DNA from: an uncultured Gammaproteobacteria bacterium
GTDB taxonomy: Bacteria > Patescibacteriota > Microgenomatia > Woykebacterales > RBG-16-39-9b
Assembly (NCBI GenBank): GCA_965231125.1
Contig: OZ246414.1
Location: 81,739 to 145,738 of the forward strand
Length of the DNA stretch: 64,000 nucleotides
Direction of reading: 5' to 3'
Shown here: positions 18,194 through 27,575 of the stretch, one piece after another
How positions within the stretch are numbered: the stretch's first letter is position 1
Layout of the letters: each line of letters opens with the position of its first letter
Notes under the pieces: generated by a model
What the model saw: only the letters and a program-made list of their open reading frames with translations
Database searches by the model: none
What the model was told of the DNA's origin: nothing
Position numbers and translations under genes: made by a program

Positions 18194-19333
18194 TTGTCAC
18201 TTGTTACTTACTGGCTGATAAGTTTGACAACCCCTACCAAACCAGCTACGATTAAGCTAATGTCCTTGCCCAAAACCAAGATACTGTTTTTACCCGTATC
18301 GCTCCTATTAATAGCTTTTTACCTTACTTTTTTCATTTCCCCCGCATACGCTGGGTGCAATATAACCACCCCAGAGGGCGATTATTTCACTCCAGGTACT
18401 GCTATTAACTTTAAAATAACAGGTGTATTACCAAACCACAGTATAAAACTTGATCTTATTCAAGTCCACGGCGGTAATACTATCGATACAAAAACGCTCA
18501 CATCAGATCAAAACGGGGAAGCGAGTTTCACCTATAACGCTCCACCGGCGTTGGGAGATTATGTATGGATAGCTGACAACGATCCGAGAGATTGTACACC
18601 TGGCATCGGCAGTTCCCCTGGATTTACTGTTTCTAATCAAAGCTCTGGGGGTATTAATTTTGTAACTTTCCCGGCGCAAGTCGATAATGGGCGAACAACC
18701 ATAAGTATTAAAGTCACCGGCCTAGACCCAAATAGCTGTTATATAGTAAAAAAGGTTGACGGTTTTACCGGCAATATAGTAACCCAACATAACAGCCCCA
18801 TCGACAACGTCTGTCAGGATTTTACACAACTAGGTATGACGATAATTAAAAGCGACGATCAAGGTGCCCTCCAAATTGAAAATATCTGCGAAAATATGGA
18901 AGGCGCAAGAACCGATTGCACTAATCCTTTTGACGCCAATAAAACTTACTCTTTCCAAGTATATAAGTTCAAGTCTGGTTGTCATGTTATTGATCTACTA
19001 GATTGTTTTACAAAGGTCGGTGATCCCCTAAGTTTTACTGTCTCCAAAAGTATCAAATTTCCTCCAACAGAAGATCGAGGGAAAGAACTGTCAGGAGATA
19101 CTCGCAAATTTGTAAATACACTTGTTAGTTTCGGCATCGGGATTGCTGGAGGAGTCGCGTTTTTACTACTCATATACGGTGGGTTTAAATTTATCTTTAG
19201 CCTAGGCAATCCTGAAGCAGTGCAGCAGGGAAGGGAAATTATAACCGCTGCTCTAATTGGTCTAATTGTGGTTGTTTTTTCAGTTTTTCTTTTACGATTA
19301 GTCGGGATAAGTATTTTAGGTCTACCCTTATGA
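18194..19333 (+). CDS. T4SS pilin-domain protein with large N-terminal extracellular domain
   Basis: The C-terminal 70 aa carry the two-helix pilin module (GGFKFIFSLGNPEAVQQGREIITAALIGLIVVVFSVFLL). The start may instead be the internal Met at 18260. Confidence 0.55.
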   Translation: MSLVTYWLISLTTPTKPATIKLMSLPKTKILFLPVSLLLIAFYLTFFISPAYAGCNITTPEGDYFTPGTAINFKITGVLPNHSIKLDLIQVHGGNTIDTKTLTSDQNGEASFTYNAPPALGDYVWIADNDPRDCTPGIGSSPGFTVSNQSSGGINFVTFPAQVDNGRTTISIKVTGLDPNSCYIVKKVDGFTGNIVTQHNSPIDNVCQDFTQLGMTIIKSDDQGALQIENICENMEGARTDCTNPFDANKTYSFQVYKFKSGCHVIDLLDCFTKVGDPLSFTVSKSIKFPPTEDRGKELSGDTRKFVNTLVSFGIGIAGGVAFLLLIYGGFKFIFSLGNPEAVQQGREIITAALIGLIVVVFSVFLLRLVGISILGLPL

Positions 19334-20772
19334 GAACACCAACCTCAAGGAGAATTTTATCTTTTCTAGCCTTAGTCCTTGCCCTGCTTATTTTGAATCT
19401 AAATCAAACGTCTGGTCACAGAGTTTATGCGGCTGATCCTTGTCCCGTAGCGTTTCCCGCTTTTGACGGTACTGAGGGAACTACTACTACCGCCGATGGA
19501 GGGATAATAAAATCTTCCAACCCAATTCCAGAGGGTGCAAGTATTAAGGTTTTTTATAAAGCGTCAAGCGCTGTTCAATCCCAATCCCAACCAAATGATT
19601 GGATAGTAAGGGTAGATAGCGATATTGGTACAAGTGAGGCCCTAAGTGATGTGACCGTAGGGCCTCCTAATCCAGAACATTTGTGGTCCGCTTCGCTTGG
19701 TGCTACTATCCCATCTGGTGATCATTCCGTTTCGCTTATTTACCGCCCTACTGGAACTGTATGCGACACCCAAGGTTTCCACGTTTCGCTAACAGCTGAT
19801 TCTTCGAAGGGAATTTTTTCTGGTATTCTAGATCCTCTTCACGGGCGTTTTTCTAGCTTTGGGGAAATTGCCTCAAAACTTGCACCTTTTATACTGGCTC
19901 TTGGTGGAATGGTTGCTTTTCTCTTCCTTATCTGGGGTGGTATTAAATACATGCTGTCTCAAGGAGACCCAAAAGCAGTAACATCCGCCCGCAGCACAAT
20001 TGTTTCCGCCATAATTGGTTTAATAATACTGGCCTCCGTTTTTGTAATTCTCCAGCTCATAAACCTCATATTCAAAATTCCGGTGTTAGGCGCAACTTCG
20101 AACCAAGTGTTTGCCGCTAACTGTTCTTACCAACTATCAACTAATCAGATCGCCTACAACGGATCATTCAATGTAACAACCACTGTCCAAGGTAGTAATT
20201 ATTACACAATATCTTTCAATCCTGGTAACAATAACAAGATATTTATGGCCAACATTGCTGAAACATCCCACACCGAAACTATAAACATAGGTACCTTTTA
20301 CACCAACCCTCCTACTCAGATTACAGTGACAGTAGGACATGGGATTCCCTCCCAACATCCCGCGCCGTGTGATTTGCAAGGGAGTAATGAAGTAACCATA
20401 ACCCCTGCTCCCAACCCAACCGGGGGAAACAATAACGACGGTAACGACAACAGTACAACTGCGAAAGGTGGAATAAACATCGGAGATGCCTTCAAATTCG
20501 GAACTAAAGGTGTCAAAGACGTGTTTCCAAACTTTGGGGTGTTATTAACTAGTGTGGTTAATTTCGCTATAGCCGCAGCCGGTTTAATTTTCTTCTTCAT
20601 GCTAGTTTGGGGCGGCATGCGCTATATGCTTGCTAGAGGTGACGACAAACTAATCGTGGACGCAAGACAAACAGTCACCAATGCGGTGATAGGTCTCTTG
20701 ATAGTTGTTGCTTCTTTCGCGATAATTAAGTTAATAGCTTTAGCAACCGGGGCTCATATTTCTATTTTTTAA
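19330..20772 (+). CDS. tandem-duplicated T4SS pilin-domain protein (two pilin modules)
   Basis: Pilin modules at about aa 185-240 (GGIKYMLSQGDPKAVTSARSTIVSAIIGLIIL) and aa 425-480 (GGMRYMLARGDDKLIVDARQTVTNAVIGLLIVV). 4-nt overlap with the upstream gene. Confidence 0.55.
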   Translation: MRTPTSRRILSFLALVLALLILNLNQTSGHRVYAADPCPVAFPAFDGTEGTTTTADGGIIKSSNPIPEGASIKVFYKASSAVQSQSQPNDWIVRVDSDIGTSEALSDVTVGPPNPEHLWSASLGATIPSGDHSVSLIYRPTGTVCDTQGFHVSLTADSSKGIFSGILDPLHGRFSSFGEIASKLAPFILALGGMVAFLFLIWGGIKYMLSQGDPKAVTSARSTIVSAIIGLIILASVFVILQLINLIFKIPVLGATSNQVFAANCSYQLSTNQIAYNGSFNVTTTVQGSNYYTISFNPGNNNKIFMANIAETSHTETINIGTFYTNPPTQITVTVGHGIPSQHPAPCDLQGSNEVTITPAPNPTGGNNNDGNDNSTTAKGGINIGDAFKFGTKGVKDVFPNFGVLLTSVVNFAIAAAGLIFFFMLVWGGMRYMLARGDDKLIVDARQTVTNAVIGLLIVVASFAIIKLIALATGAHISIF

Positions 20773-20774
20773 TT

Positions 20775-21104
20775 ATGCCAGCTTCTAGTGCATCTTCAAG
20801 TAGTTCAAGTCTGCCGGTAATCGGTCATATAAAGCCGCCTTCTGGTTTCCCCATCGATCCTAACACTATTATCTCCGGCCTAATAAGCTTGATAATAGGG
20901 TTTGCTGGGTTAGTTTTCTTTGCAATGCTCGTTATTGGTGGGTTTCGGTATTTAACTGCCGGTGGGGACGAAAAAGCCGCCCAGGAAGCCCGTAAAACTC
21001 TAACCAACGCCGGGGTTGGGTTGATTATAATTGTGGCCGCGTTTTTAATCGCCCAACTACTCTTTCAAGTGTTTGGGCTGGAATCTTTAGTTAAGATAGG
21101 CTAA
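20775..21104 (+). CDS. TrbC/VirB2-like T4SS pilin
   Basis: 109 aa with a TM1-GGFRYLTAGGDEKAAQEARKTLTNAGVGLIIIVAAF-TM2 topology. Confidence 0.6.
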   Translation: MPASSASSSSSSLPVIGHIKPPSGFPIDPNTIISGLISLIIGFAGLVFFAMLVIGGFRYLTAGGDEKAAQEARKTLTNAGVGLIIIVAAFLIAQLLFQVFGLESLVKIG

Positions 21105-21108
21105 GCTG

Positions 21109-21591
21109 ATGTTTAAAAAATTTCTGCTGGGCAACGGATTAAACAAAATATCAACTTTCCTGATGACCGGGGGCATTTTGTTTCCGATAATTAACAGCTT
21201 GGCTGTAAAAACAATTTACGCAGCGCCAACAACTCCTACATCCGCTACCGCCAGCTCTACCGTCAGCGCAAGTTCGTCGGCAACCTTCCATATTCCAAAC
21301 CTAATCCCTTTTAAAAATCTTGGTGATCTTTTCCAAGTCCTTTTGAGTCTGGCTTTTTTTGCAGCGGGGCTCGCTTTTTTTCTCAATTTAATTGTCGGCG
21401 GCTTTCAGTGGATTTCCTCTGGTGGAGACCCCAAAGCCTTGCAAACCGCCAGAGGCCGAATAATGAACGCTTTTGTAGGATTGATTATAGTGGTTGCCGC
21501 CTACGCAATTGCCTTAATAGTCCAAACTGTGTTGGGAATAAGAATAGTCAGTGGTTTTTGTATTCGTTTGCCGGGCGGAACATGTCCTTGA
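21109..21591 (+). CDS. TrbC/VirB2-like T4SS pilin with Cys-x2-LPGGT-x-Cys tail
   Basis: GGFQWISSGGDPKALQTARGRIMNAFVGLIIVVAAY and a C-terminal FCIRLPGGTCP. Confidence 0.6.
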   Translation: MFKKFLLGNGLNKISTFLMTGGILFPIINSLAVKTIYAAPTTPTSATASSTVSASSSATFHIPNLIPFKNLGDLFQVLLSLAFFAAGLAFFLNLIVGGFQWISSGGDPKALQTARGRIMNAFVGLIIVVAAYAIALIVQTVLGIRIVSGFCIRLPGGTCP

Positions 21592-21664
21592 CAGATTGGC
21601 ACTTGCCAAAGTATTTTTTATCTGTATATAATTATGTTAGAGGAAAGGTGGGGGTAGACAGTCT

Positions 21665-22063
21665 ATGAAAAAACTCGTCTCTGCCACAATAGTAAGTGTT
21701 GCTACATTCTTTAGTTTTGCGGGAGCTGCATTCGCGGTGGATTCCCCAAATATACGGGGTTTTGATTCAAACAGCATTCCTTTCCCAAACTTAGGTAAGT
21801 TGATAAGTAATATTCTCTCGTTATTATTTTTCTTCGCCGCCCTACTTGCATTTCTTTTTATTATCTTAGGTGGTATCCAATGGATTACTGCCGGTGGTGA
21901 CAAAGTCGCTGCTCAATCGGCCCGAGATAGAATTACAGCGGCGGTCATTGGTTTGGTAATAGTAGTCGCCGCTTTCGCCATAACCGTTATTCTCTCGAAG
22001 GTCTTGGGAATTAATCTCTTCGAATACAACTTCCCCGGCACATCCACTACCGCCGGCGCCTAA
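21665..22063 (+). CDS. TrbC/VirB2-like T4SS pilin
   Basis: Signal peptide plus GGIQWITAGGDKVAAQSARDRITAAVIGLVIVVAAF. Confidence 0.6.
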   Translation: MKKLVSATIVSVATFFSFAGAAFAVDSPNIRGFDSNSIPFPNLGKLISNILSLLFFFAALLAFLFIILGGIQWITAGGDKVAAQSARDRITAAVIGLVIVVAAFAITVILSKVLGINLFEYNFPGTSTTAGA

Positions 22064-22076
22064 AACTCTAAAAACG

Positions 22077-23255
22077 CTAATTTGAGAATCCGGTAGTTCC
22101 AGTAAGAATAGTAAAGTAGATTTTTGAGACAGGTAGACCAGTAAGTAATGGGTAGTAAAAAGCAAACAGCCCAAAGCACGAAATTATAAACCCCGCAAGT
22201 AAAAACTTTTTCCCCTCAAAATTCTCTTCTATCATTTTACTAAGTAAAATTACCCCAAACGGCAGCGCTGGGAGCAGATAATACTGTAGAGTGTTGTGGT
22301 AAGCGAAAAACCAAGGGAGCCAAAAGCAGGCAAAGGCTCCCAGCAAAAAGAGCTTTTCAGACGTAAAGTCTCTTTTTTTTATCACCAAAATAATTGCCCC
22401 CAGAATTCCCCAAAAAATGGCGGGGTTAAAGAGAAAAATAACGCTGCGGACTGTGTTTCCGACAGTTTGACCCAAATAAGGAAGCGGTGGATCCAAAAAC
22501 CAAAGCCAGGGAGGATAACCCAAGTTGTCTTTGGATTTTAGAAAAAGATGGTAATTAGCCATTTGCCACTGCAGGTGAAAAAGGCTGTCAAGAGTGTGGT
22601 TTTTTAAATAAAAACTATACGAGGCGAAGTAGACTAACAAAACAACTGTTATTAACTGAGCAATTTTCAACAGGGAACGGGGTTTCTTCTTAAGAAGATA
22701 AAATCCCAAAGCAAAAATTAGTAAAAATAGACCGCTCCATTTTGACGATATTGCCAGCCCAAAGAAAAACCCGCTTAATAATAAATCTTTGGAACTTTCG
22801 CTTTTAAGAAATTTCCAAAAGAAATAGCCAGCTGCCAGGCTAAAAGCAGCCACGTAAATTTCGATAGTACCGAGCCGTGAACTTACAAACCAACCAAACT
22901 CGGCTGTTAAAAAGAGGCTTGCCAAAACTGGAATAAACTTTCCGCCAAACATTTTTTCCGCCAGCAGGTAAATAAATACGACCCCCAAACTCCCGACTAA
23001 AACTTCTGGTATTCGCCAACCCCAAACGTTGTCACCAAAAACATGGATACTTGCCGCCATAAAAAGTTTTGCGACTGGCGGGTGTTGGAAATTAGCTAAA
23101 AAATCCCCGTGCAGGTAGGCACGGGCCGCCGGTATGTAAAAAGCGCCCTCGTCAAAATAAGCGCTTTGGGGAGAATTTAGTAGAAAAAGTTTCGTCAGAA
23201 AGTTAAAGAGAAAAATCAGCGTAAGGAATACAAAGTCAAAACGAGCAAATCTCAT
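22077..23255 (-). CDS. GT-C fold glycosyltransferase (GT39/ArnT/PMT-like), polytopic membrane protein
   Basis: 392 aa with at least 10 TM helices and the N-terminal loop pattern typical of dolichyl/undecaprenyl-phosphate-sugar dependent glycosyltransferases. Interrupts the pilin array on the opposite strand. Confidence 0.5.
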   Translation of the reverse strand: MRFARFDFVFLTLIFLFNFLTKLFLLNSPQSAYFDEGAFYIPAARAYLHGDFLANFQHPPVAKLFMAASIHVFGDNVWGWRIPEVLVGSLGVVFIYLLAEKMFGGKFIPVLASLFLTAEFGWFVSSRLGTIEIYVAAFSLAAGYFFWKFLKSESSKDLLLSGFFFGLAISSKWSGLFLLIFALGFYLLKKKPRSLLKIAQLITVVLLVYFASYSFYLKNHTLDSLFHLQWQMANYHLFLKSKDNLGYPPWLWFLDPPLPYLGQTVGNTVRSVIFLFNPAIFWGILGAIILVIKKRDFTSEKLFLLGAFACFWLPWFFAYHNTLQYYLLPALPFGVILLSKMIEENFEGKKFLLAGFIISCFGLFAFYYPLLTGLPVSKIYFTILTGTTGFSN

Positions 23256-23341
23256 TAACCAAATTCTAGCATAATTTAGAGGTTTCTAGACTCAGGTGTC
23301 TTTAATTGACAGACTTCTCATTATTACTTAAAATCTAGTTA

Positions 23342-23746
23342 ATGCCGCCACCAAAGAAATTCGGGCCGTTATTATCTGCGATGCTATTTCTTTCAACCGC
23401 AGCCCCAATCTACGCTCAAGCCAAACTAGTTGACACTTCGCCCGGCTACGCTCCTCTAACAGAGCTGGAAACAATCTTCGGCAACGTTTTAAATGTCGTG
23501 ACGCTTTTAGCTGGATTTGCAGTTCTGCTTATGCTCATTATTGGGGCTTTTCGCTACATGGCGGCTCAAGGCGATCCAAAAGCAATAGGTTCCGCAAGAA
23601 GTCATATTACTTGGGCCTTTATTGGTCTTTTCTTCATTGTCGCGGCTTGGCTTGTATTACTCTTCGTCGCTCAATTTACCGGGGTTAATCTAACGCACTT
23701 TTGCGTTCAGCTTCCTGGTGGGACTACTTGTAAGCTTCAACGTTAG
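23342..23746 (+). CDS. TrbC/VirB2-like T4SS pilin with Cys-x2-LPGGT-x-Cys tail
   Basis: Signal peptide, GAFRYMAAQGDPKAIGSARSHITWAFIGLFFIVAAW and a C-terminal FCVQLPGGTTCK. Confidence 0.6.
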   Translation: MPPPKKFGPLLSAMLFLSTAAPIYAQAKLVDTSPGYAPLTELETIFGNVLNVVTLLAGFAVLLMLIIGAFRYMAAQGDPKAIGSARSHITWAFIGLFFIVAAWLVLLFVAQFTGVNLTHFCVQLPGGTTCKLQR

Positions 23747-24390
23747 TGAAGAAGCGATCCTTGTGGTACGTAGTTTATATTCAACGCGCCAATATCTTTT
23801 ATCCCCTCATCAGTAAACCAAGAAATCGCTTTCTGTTTGTAAAATTCAATCGGAGCTTTGTTAATAAAAACAAAAAACTGATCAGGAGCATCAAAACTTA
23901 TACCAAACCCATTCTTATTAATCGGCAGTTTTTTTCTTATCTTGTTGATTATTTCTGCTAAATTTTCTTGAGAAGTAGTTCCCTTTCCGGTTTTAAAATT
24001 CCAAGCAAAAAGTGGTTGGTTTGCTACCAAAACTTGTAAACTATATTTTGTATTTGGTTTAAGATTTACGCTCGGGCTAAAAGTAGCTGTCTGCCCATCC
24101 TTACTAAGATTCGTGCTAAATTTTACGCTGGGTGTACTTTTTAAATACACTGTGTAGTTTGCTACCGAGTCTGAAAAAGTAACCACCATTTGAGGCGTCG
24201 TGCTGACACCTTTTTGCCCTTGCAAAGGGTTTACACTAACTACTCTTGCGGATATTACTGGCGCGGTTTGGTTGTTATTGTTGTTTTGACTAGTTCGACT
24301 CTTAGGCGTAAACAAAATACCAACAACAATTAAACTAATTGCAAGAGCGGCTCCGCCTCCAAGTAAAATTTTATCTTTTGTAGTGATCAT
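23743..24390 (-). CDS. membrane-anchored hypothetical protein
   Basis: N-terminal TM, then an Asn/Gln-rich linker and a beta-rich domain. Confidence 0.4.
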   Translation of the reverse strand: MITTKDKILLGGGAALAISLIVVGILFTPKSRTSQNNNNNQTAPVISARVVSVNPLQGQKGVSTTPQMVVTFSDSVANYTVYLKSTPSVKFSTNLSKDGQTATFSPSVNLKPNTKYSLQVLVANQPLFAWNFKTGKGTTSQENLAEIINKIRKKLPINKNGFGISFDAPDQFFVFINKAPIEFYKQKAISWFTDEGIKDIGALNINYVPQGSLLH

Positions 24391-24392
24391 AA

Positions 24393-24956
24393 TTAAAAAA
24401 TGTCTGGTTTTTTATCTTGCAAGCGATCAATCTGCGCCAACCTAGACTCAATATTTATTAAAGTATCGGGTGCAAAATACCATTGTTCGCTCACGCTCTG
24501 ACTTATCTCATCAACAACCTGACCCCTACCTTTGTTCGACAAAAGTAAAATTTTAAATCCCACATAATCAGGACTATAAACTAGGTCCGCGCCATCATCA
24601 AGCACTTTAATCCCAGCCGCTAAAGACGGTTTTACTTTTACTAAAATAACTATACTGTCTTTTACGTAAACCTTCGCTTCGTCACTACCAATTTTATATT
24701 TAAATAGTAGCATCCTGGTTTTTGCAAGAGTATAAGTTTGGTTTGGCTTTCCCAGGATCTTATTTAAACTCTCAACCGAAGTTTTTCCCGGCACAACGCC
24801 TCGCCAACCGTAACCAACTCCCCTAAAAAATATTAGATAAGTCAAAATTAGTAGGGCCAGGAGACCCAAAATTATTGGTGCTAAGACTTTTAGATTTTCG
24901 GACAGTTTAGTGAGGGTAAACATAACCAGCAAAAATATTATCTCTAACCCAAGCAT
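24393..24956 (-). CDS. hypothetical membrane protein
   Basis: Two N-terminal TM helices. Sits between the lytic transglycosylase and the gene at 23743. Confidence 0.35.
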   Translation of the reverse strand: MLGLEIIFLLVMFTLTKLSENLKVLAPIILGLLALLILTYLIFFRGVGYGWRGVVPGKTSVESLNKILGKPNQTYTLAKTRMLLFKYKIGSDEAKVYVKDSIVILVKVKPSLAAGIKVLDDGADLVYSPDYVGFKILLLSNKGRGQVVDEISQSVSEQWYFAPDTLINIESRLAQIDRLQDKKPDIF

Positions 24957-26364
24957 ACTGGTGCGGGTACTCGCCCTGCAGATTTACTTGAATGCCAGAA
25001 CCAGAGGTATACGTACCATCCGCAACGTACCAAGCGTCGGATTCCGCTACTGATTCATTGTAACAGGTGATTGGTATATCCCCATCTACAGTGCAATCCG
25101 CTCCTCCTAAAGCCGCAGACGGGTAACTTTTTATTAAACCGCCATCATCTTCGTAAACATGCGCATTTTCAAAGCTCTGAAGAAGGCCACTATTGCGACC
25201 CATAATCACATGGGTAGATTCGTGAGCCAAAACAAAGATCCGTGTAGACTGGGATGTCGCTGCCGATTGTGCCAAGTATATTCCTGGATCAAAGCCGGAT
25301 GGGTTCACTTCGCTGTATCTTGCTGTCCATTTATGCAAAACTACGGCCCCGCCTTGACTACAAAGCAATTGAACAAATTTTGCCGATTGGGTAATGAAGC
25401 CGATTGCCTGCAGCTCCGAAGCCTGATCATCTGACGTCCAACTTCTGTCAAACTGGTAACACGCCTGCCCCCCCGGACCAGGCGAAACTCCCAAATCTTG
25501 TTTCCTTTGGTAAAACTGCCAAACGCTGTCACAATAATGGACATCAGGGTACCTTGGGTCCACACACGCCCCTAAATACGATCCCGCAACTGAATCCACT
25601 AAACTTTTATCCCAAGCGGAACTACTTCCTGAATAATTGTATTTTGTAAAATGTCCCGAGGTGCATTCTTCGACGGCGGCTGCGTCGCTTGAAGAAATAC
25701 TGTCACATTTAATTTTCCAGGCGGCCGCGTAAATAGAGTCCTCAATATTACAAATGTTCGGGGTCCGGCTTTGTCCAGTAGCAATATTCACAGCGTTTTT
25801 ATACCTATCCCATGTACTTGGTAAAAACTGCATCGGTCCTTGGGCGTTATCAACTGATACAGCACACCCTGGCATCACCGCCCCAGGCGCGCTATACTGC
25901 GTTATTTGAGACTCACTTAATATCATTGCTCCTCCCAAATTTTCACTAAGACCAATGCCGTTTAAAACTCCAGCCGGCACCTTCGCCCAACTCGCTGCTT
26001 GAAGAATAATCCCTTCCAATACTATAGAACAATCGTTGCGAGTGCCATCCCCATTTAAATCGTCAGGGCTCAAGTTTGTCTGACAGTAATTTTGGTTAAC
26101 TCCTAATCCGCCTCCCGGCGATGCATGGGCGGCCCCACCACCTGAACCAAGAATCCCAACTCCAACTAAAATTACTACTATTAGAATTACGGTAAATATA
26201 ACAACACCCATCACCGCCAAAAATCCAGGTAGCCATGGGGCCACCGCACCAATAGCGGCTGATATACCCGACCAAGCCGCTTGTCCGAAACGAGCGGCTT
26301 GATAAGCATCGCTAAGTGTACTAAGGGGGCTTTTTTTGTTTTGTTGGTCTTCTTGTTGGGCCAT
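24907..26364 (-). CDS. secreted bifunctional cell-wall hydrolase: SLT-domain lytic transglycosylase plus HExxH domain (VirB1-like role inferred)
   Basis: N-terminal TM. SLT motifs LSENLGG ... AQGPMQFLPSTWDRY ... NIEDSIYAAAWKIK. C-terminal Cys-rich region with HESTH (HExxH). Confidence 0.55.
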   Translation of the reverse strand: MAQQEDQQNKKSPLSTLSDAYQAARFGQAAWSGISAAIGAVAPWLPGFLAVMGVVIFTVILIVVILVGVGILGSGGGAAHASPGGGLGVNQNYCQTNLSPDDLNGDGTRNDCSIVLEGIILQAASWAKVPAGVLNGIGLSENLGGAMILSESQITQYSAPGAVMPGCAVSVDNAQGPMQFLPSTWDRYKNAVNIATGQSRTPNICNIEDSIYAAAWKIKCDSISSSDAAAVEECTSGHFTKYNYSGSSSAWDKSLVDSVAGSYLGACVDPRYPDVHYCDSVWQFYQRKQDLGVSPGPGGQACYQFDRSWTSDDQASELQAIGFITQSAKFVQLLCSQGGAVVLHKWTARYSEVNPSGFDPGIYLAQSAATSQSTRIFVLAHESTHVIMGRNSGLLQSFENAHVYEDDGGLIKSYPSAALGGADCTVDGDIPITCYNESVAESDAWYVADGTYTSGSGIQVNLQGEYPHQYAWVRDNIFAGYVYPH

Positions 26365-26610
26365 GGCAGGTGTATTTAAATTCTATCCTTTGATAGCTTT
26401 AAAAACAATCCTTATCAAGAAGGTGTCCTTAGCTAGCCATTAAGATGGCTAGCACAGGATTCGGGAGTACCCGAATCACTTGGATTTGGTTACGGAGAAT
26501 CCTTAGTCCAAAGGACGCGGGACACTTTAAGTGTCCCATAGCCAATGTATGCTATAATATGGTGCAAAACTAGCTCTCAAACAAAACCATACTTCAGAAG
26601 GAGGAGAGAC

Positions 26611-27501
26611 ATGAAAAGGCTGCTGCCACTGGCAGCGATAACGCTTTTGGTTGTTCTGGCTTACGCTTGCGGAGCTAAGGCCAGTACGCTAAAGAGCAAC
26701 ACTAACGCAGCTTCTGGCCTAGAAGCACAAATAACGCCTTGGGAAAAAGCTCAAGACGTGGCGAATGTTTCGCCAGAGATCACCAAAGCAGAGCTTGGTG
26801 ATGGAGCAGAGCTTGCAAACGAAATTTCGTTTGCAACTCTACGTCCGTTTTACCTAGCTCAATTCACGGGACTATCCTACGACTCCAATTACCAGTGGTC
26901 CGATTGGAGTTCCGATCCGCAAGGACAGCAGTTGGCCAGTGAAATCGAGCAAGAAGGGGTGGCGAGTAAACAAGAAACGCTGGACGGTTTGTACGCATCT
27001 AGTTTCATCCGCTACCATACCGGTACACTGAGCTGGGATGGGACTTCGCTTGGTGCTTGCCCACCAGGACCGCAGCATTTGGTGATTATCACCACAATCG
27101 TGTTCGGGCAAGCCGAAGGGGCCGCTTCCTTCTTCAACAATATTGTTCTACCGGAAGACGACGGTCTGAAGGGCCAGGTGGAGGCTCACCCTACTAACGG
27201 TACCACCGGGTTCGCTTGGTTCGACGAGCAAGAGAAGCAAAACACTTGTCTCTTGCCGGTCCAAAACGATGGGATGGTGGAGACTCACTACATAACCTAC
27301 CCAAGAAAGCAGAGTATTGCCTGGGTAGTCACTGGTACTTTTGTGATCAGAGTGGTAGAGACACTCGGCACATCAACAACAGCCAATCTAACTACCAACA
27401 CTGGTGAGTCCTTTAATCCAGACCCGAACCACTCTGCTGGCAATTACGCTAGCGATCAGGAAACGGCACTGAGATCGGCTTTACCGGAATATTTCCAGTA
27501 A
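26611..27501 (+). CDS. secreted (lipo)protein, hypothetical; moderately GC-rich
   Basis: Strong SD (AGGAGGAGAGAC) before MKRLLPLAAITLLVVLAYACG (a lipobox-like AYAC). No catalytic motif. Confidence 0.5.
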   Translation: MKRLLPLAAITLLVVLAYACGAKASTLKSNTNAASGLEAQITPWEKAQDVANVSPEITKAELGDGAELANEISFATLRPFYLAQFTGLSYDSNYQWSDWSSDPQGQQLASEIEQEGVASKQETLDGLYASSFIRYHTGTLSWDGTSLGACPPGPQHLVIITTIVFGQAEGAASFFNNIVLPEDDGLKGQVEAHPTNGTTGFAWFDEQEKQNTCLLPVQNDGMVETHYITYPRKQSIAWVVTGTFVIRVVETLGTSTTANLTTNTGESFNPDPNHSAGNYASDQETALRSALPEYFQ

Positions 27502-27575
27502 CCCAAAGCGGTTCGAAATCACATCGAACCGCTTTTTCATTGACAAATAAACTCGGCATCTATAAAATTGAATTA

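Noticed and set aside
21560-21591. LPGGT in pilin C-termini as a sortase sorting signal
   Set aside because: It is not the LPxTG consensus and lacks the downstream hydrophobic segment plus a positively charged tail. It is more likely a conserved Cys-bounded loop.
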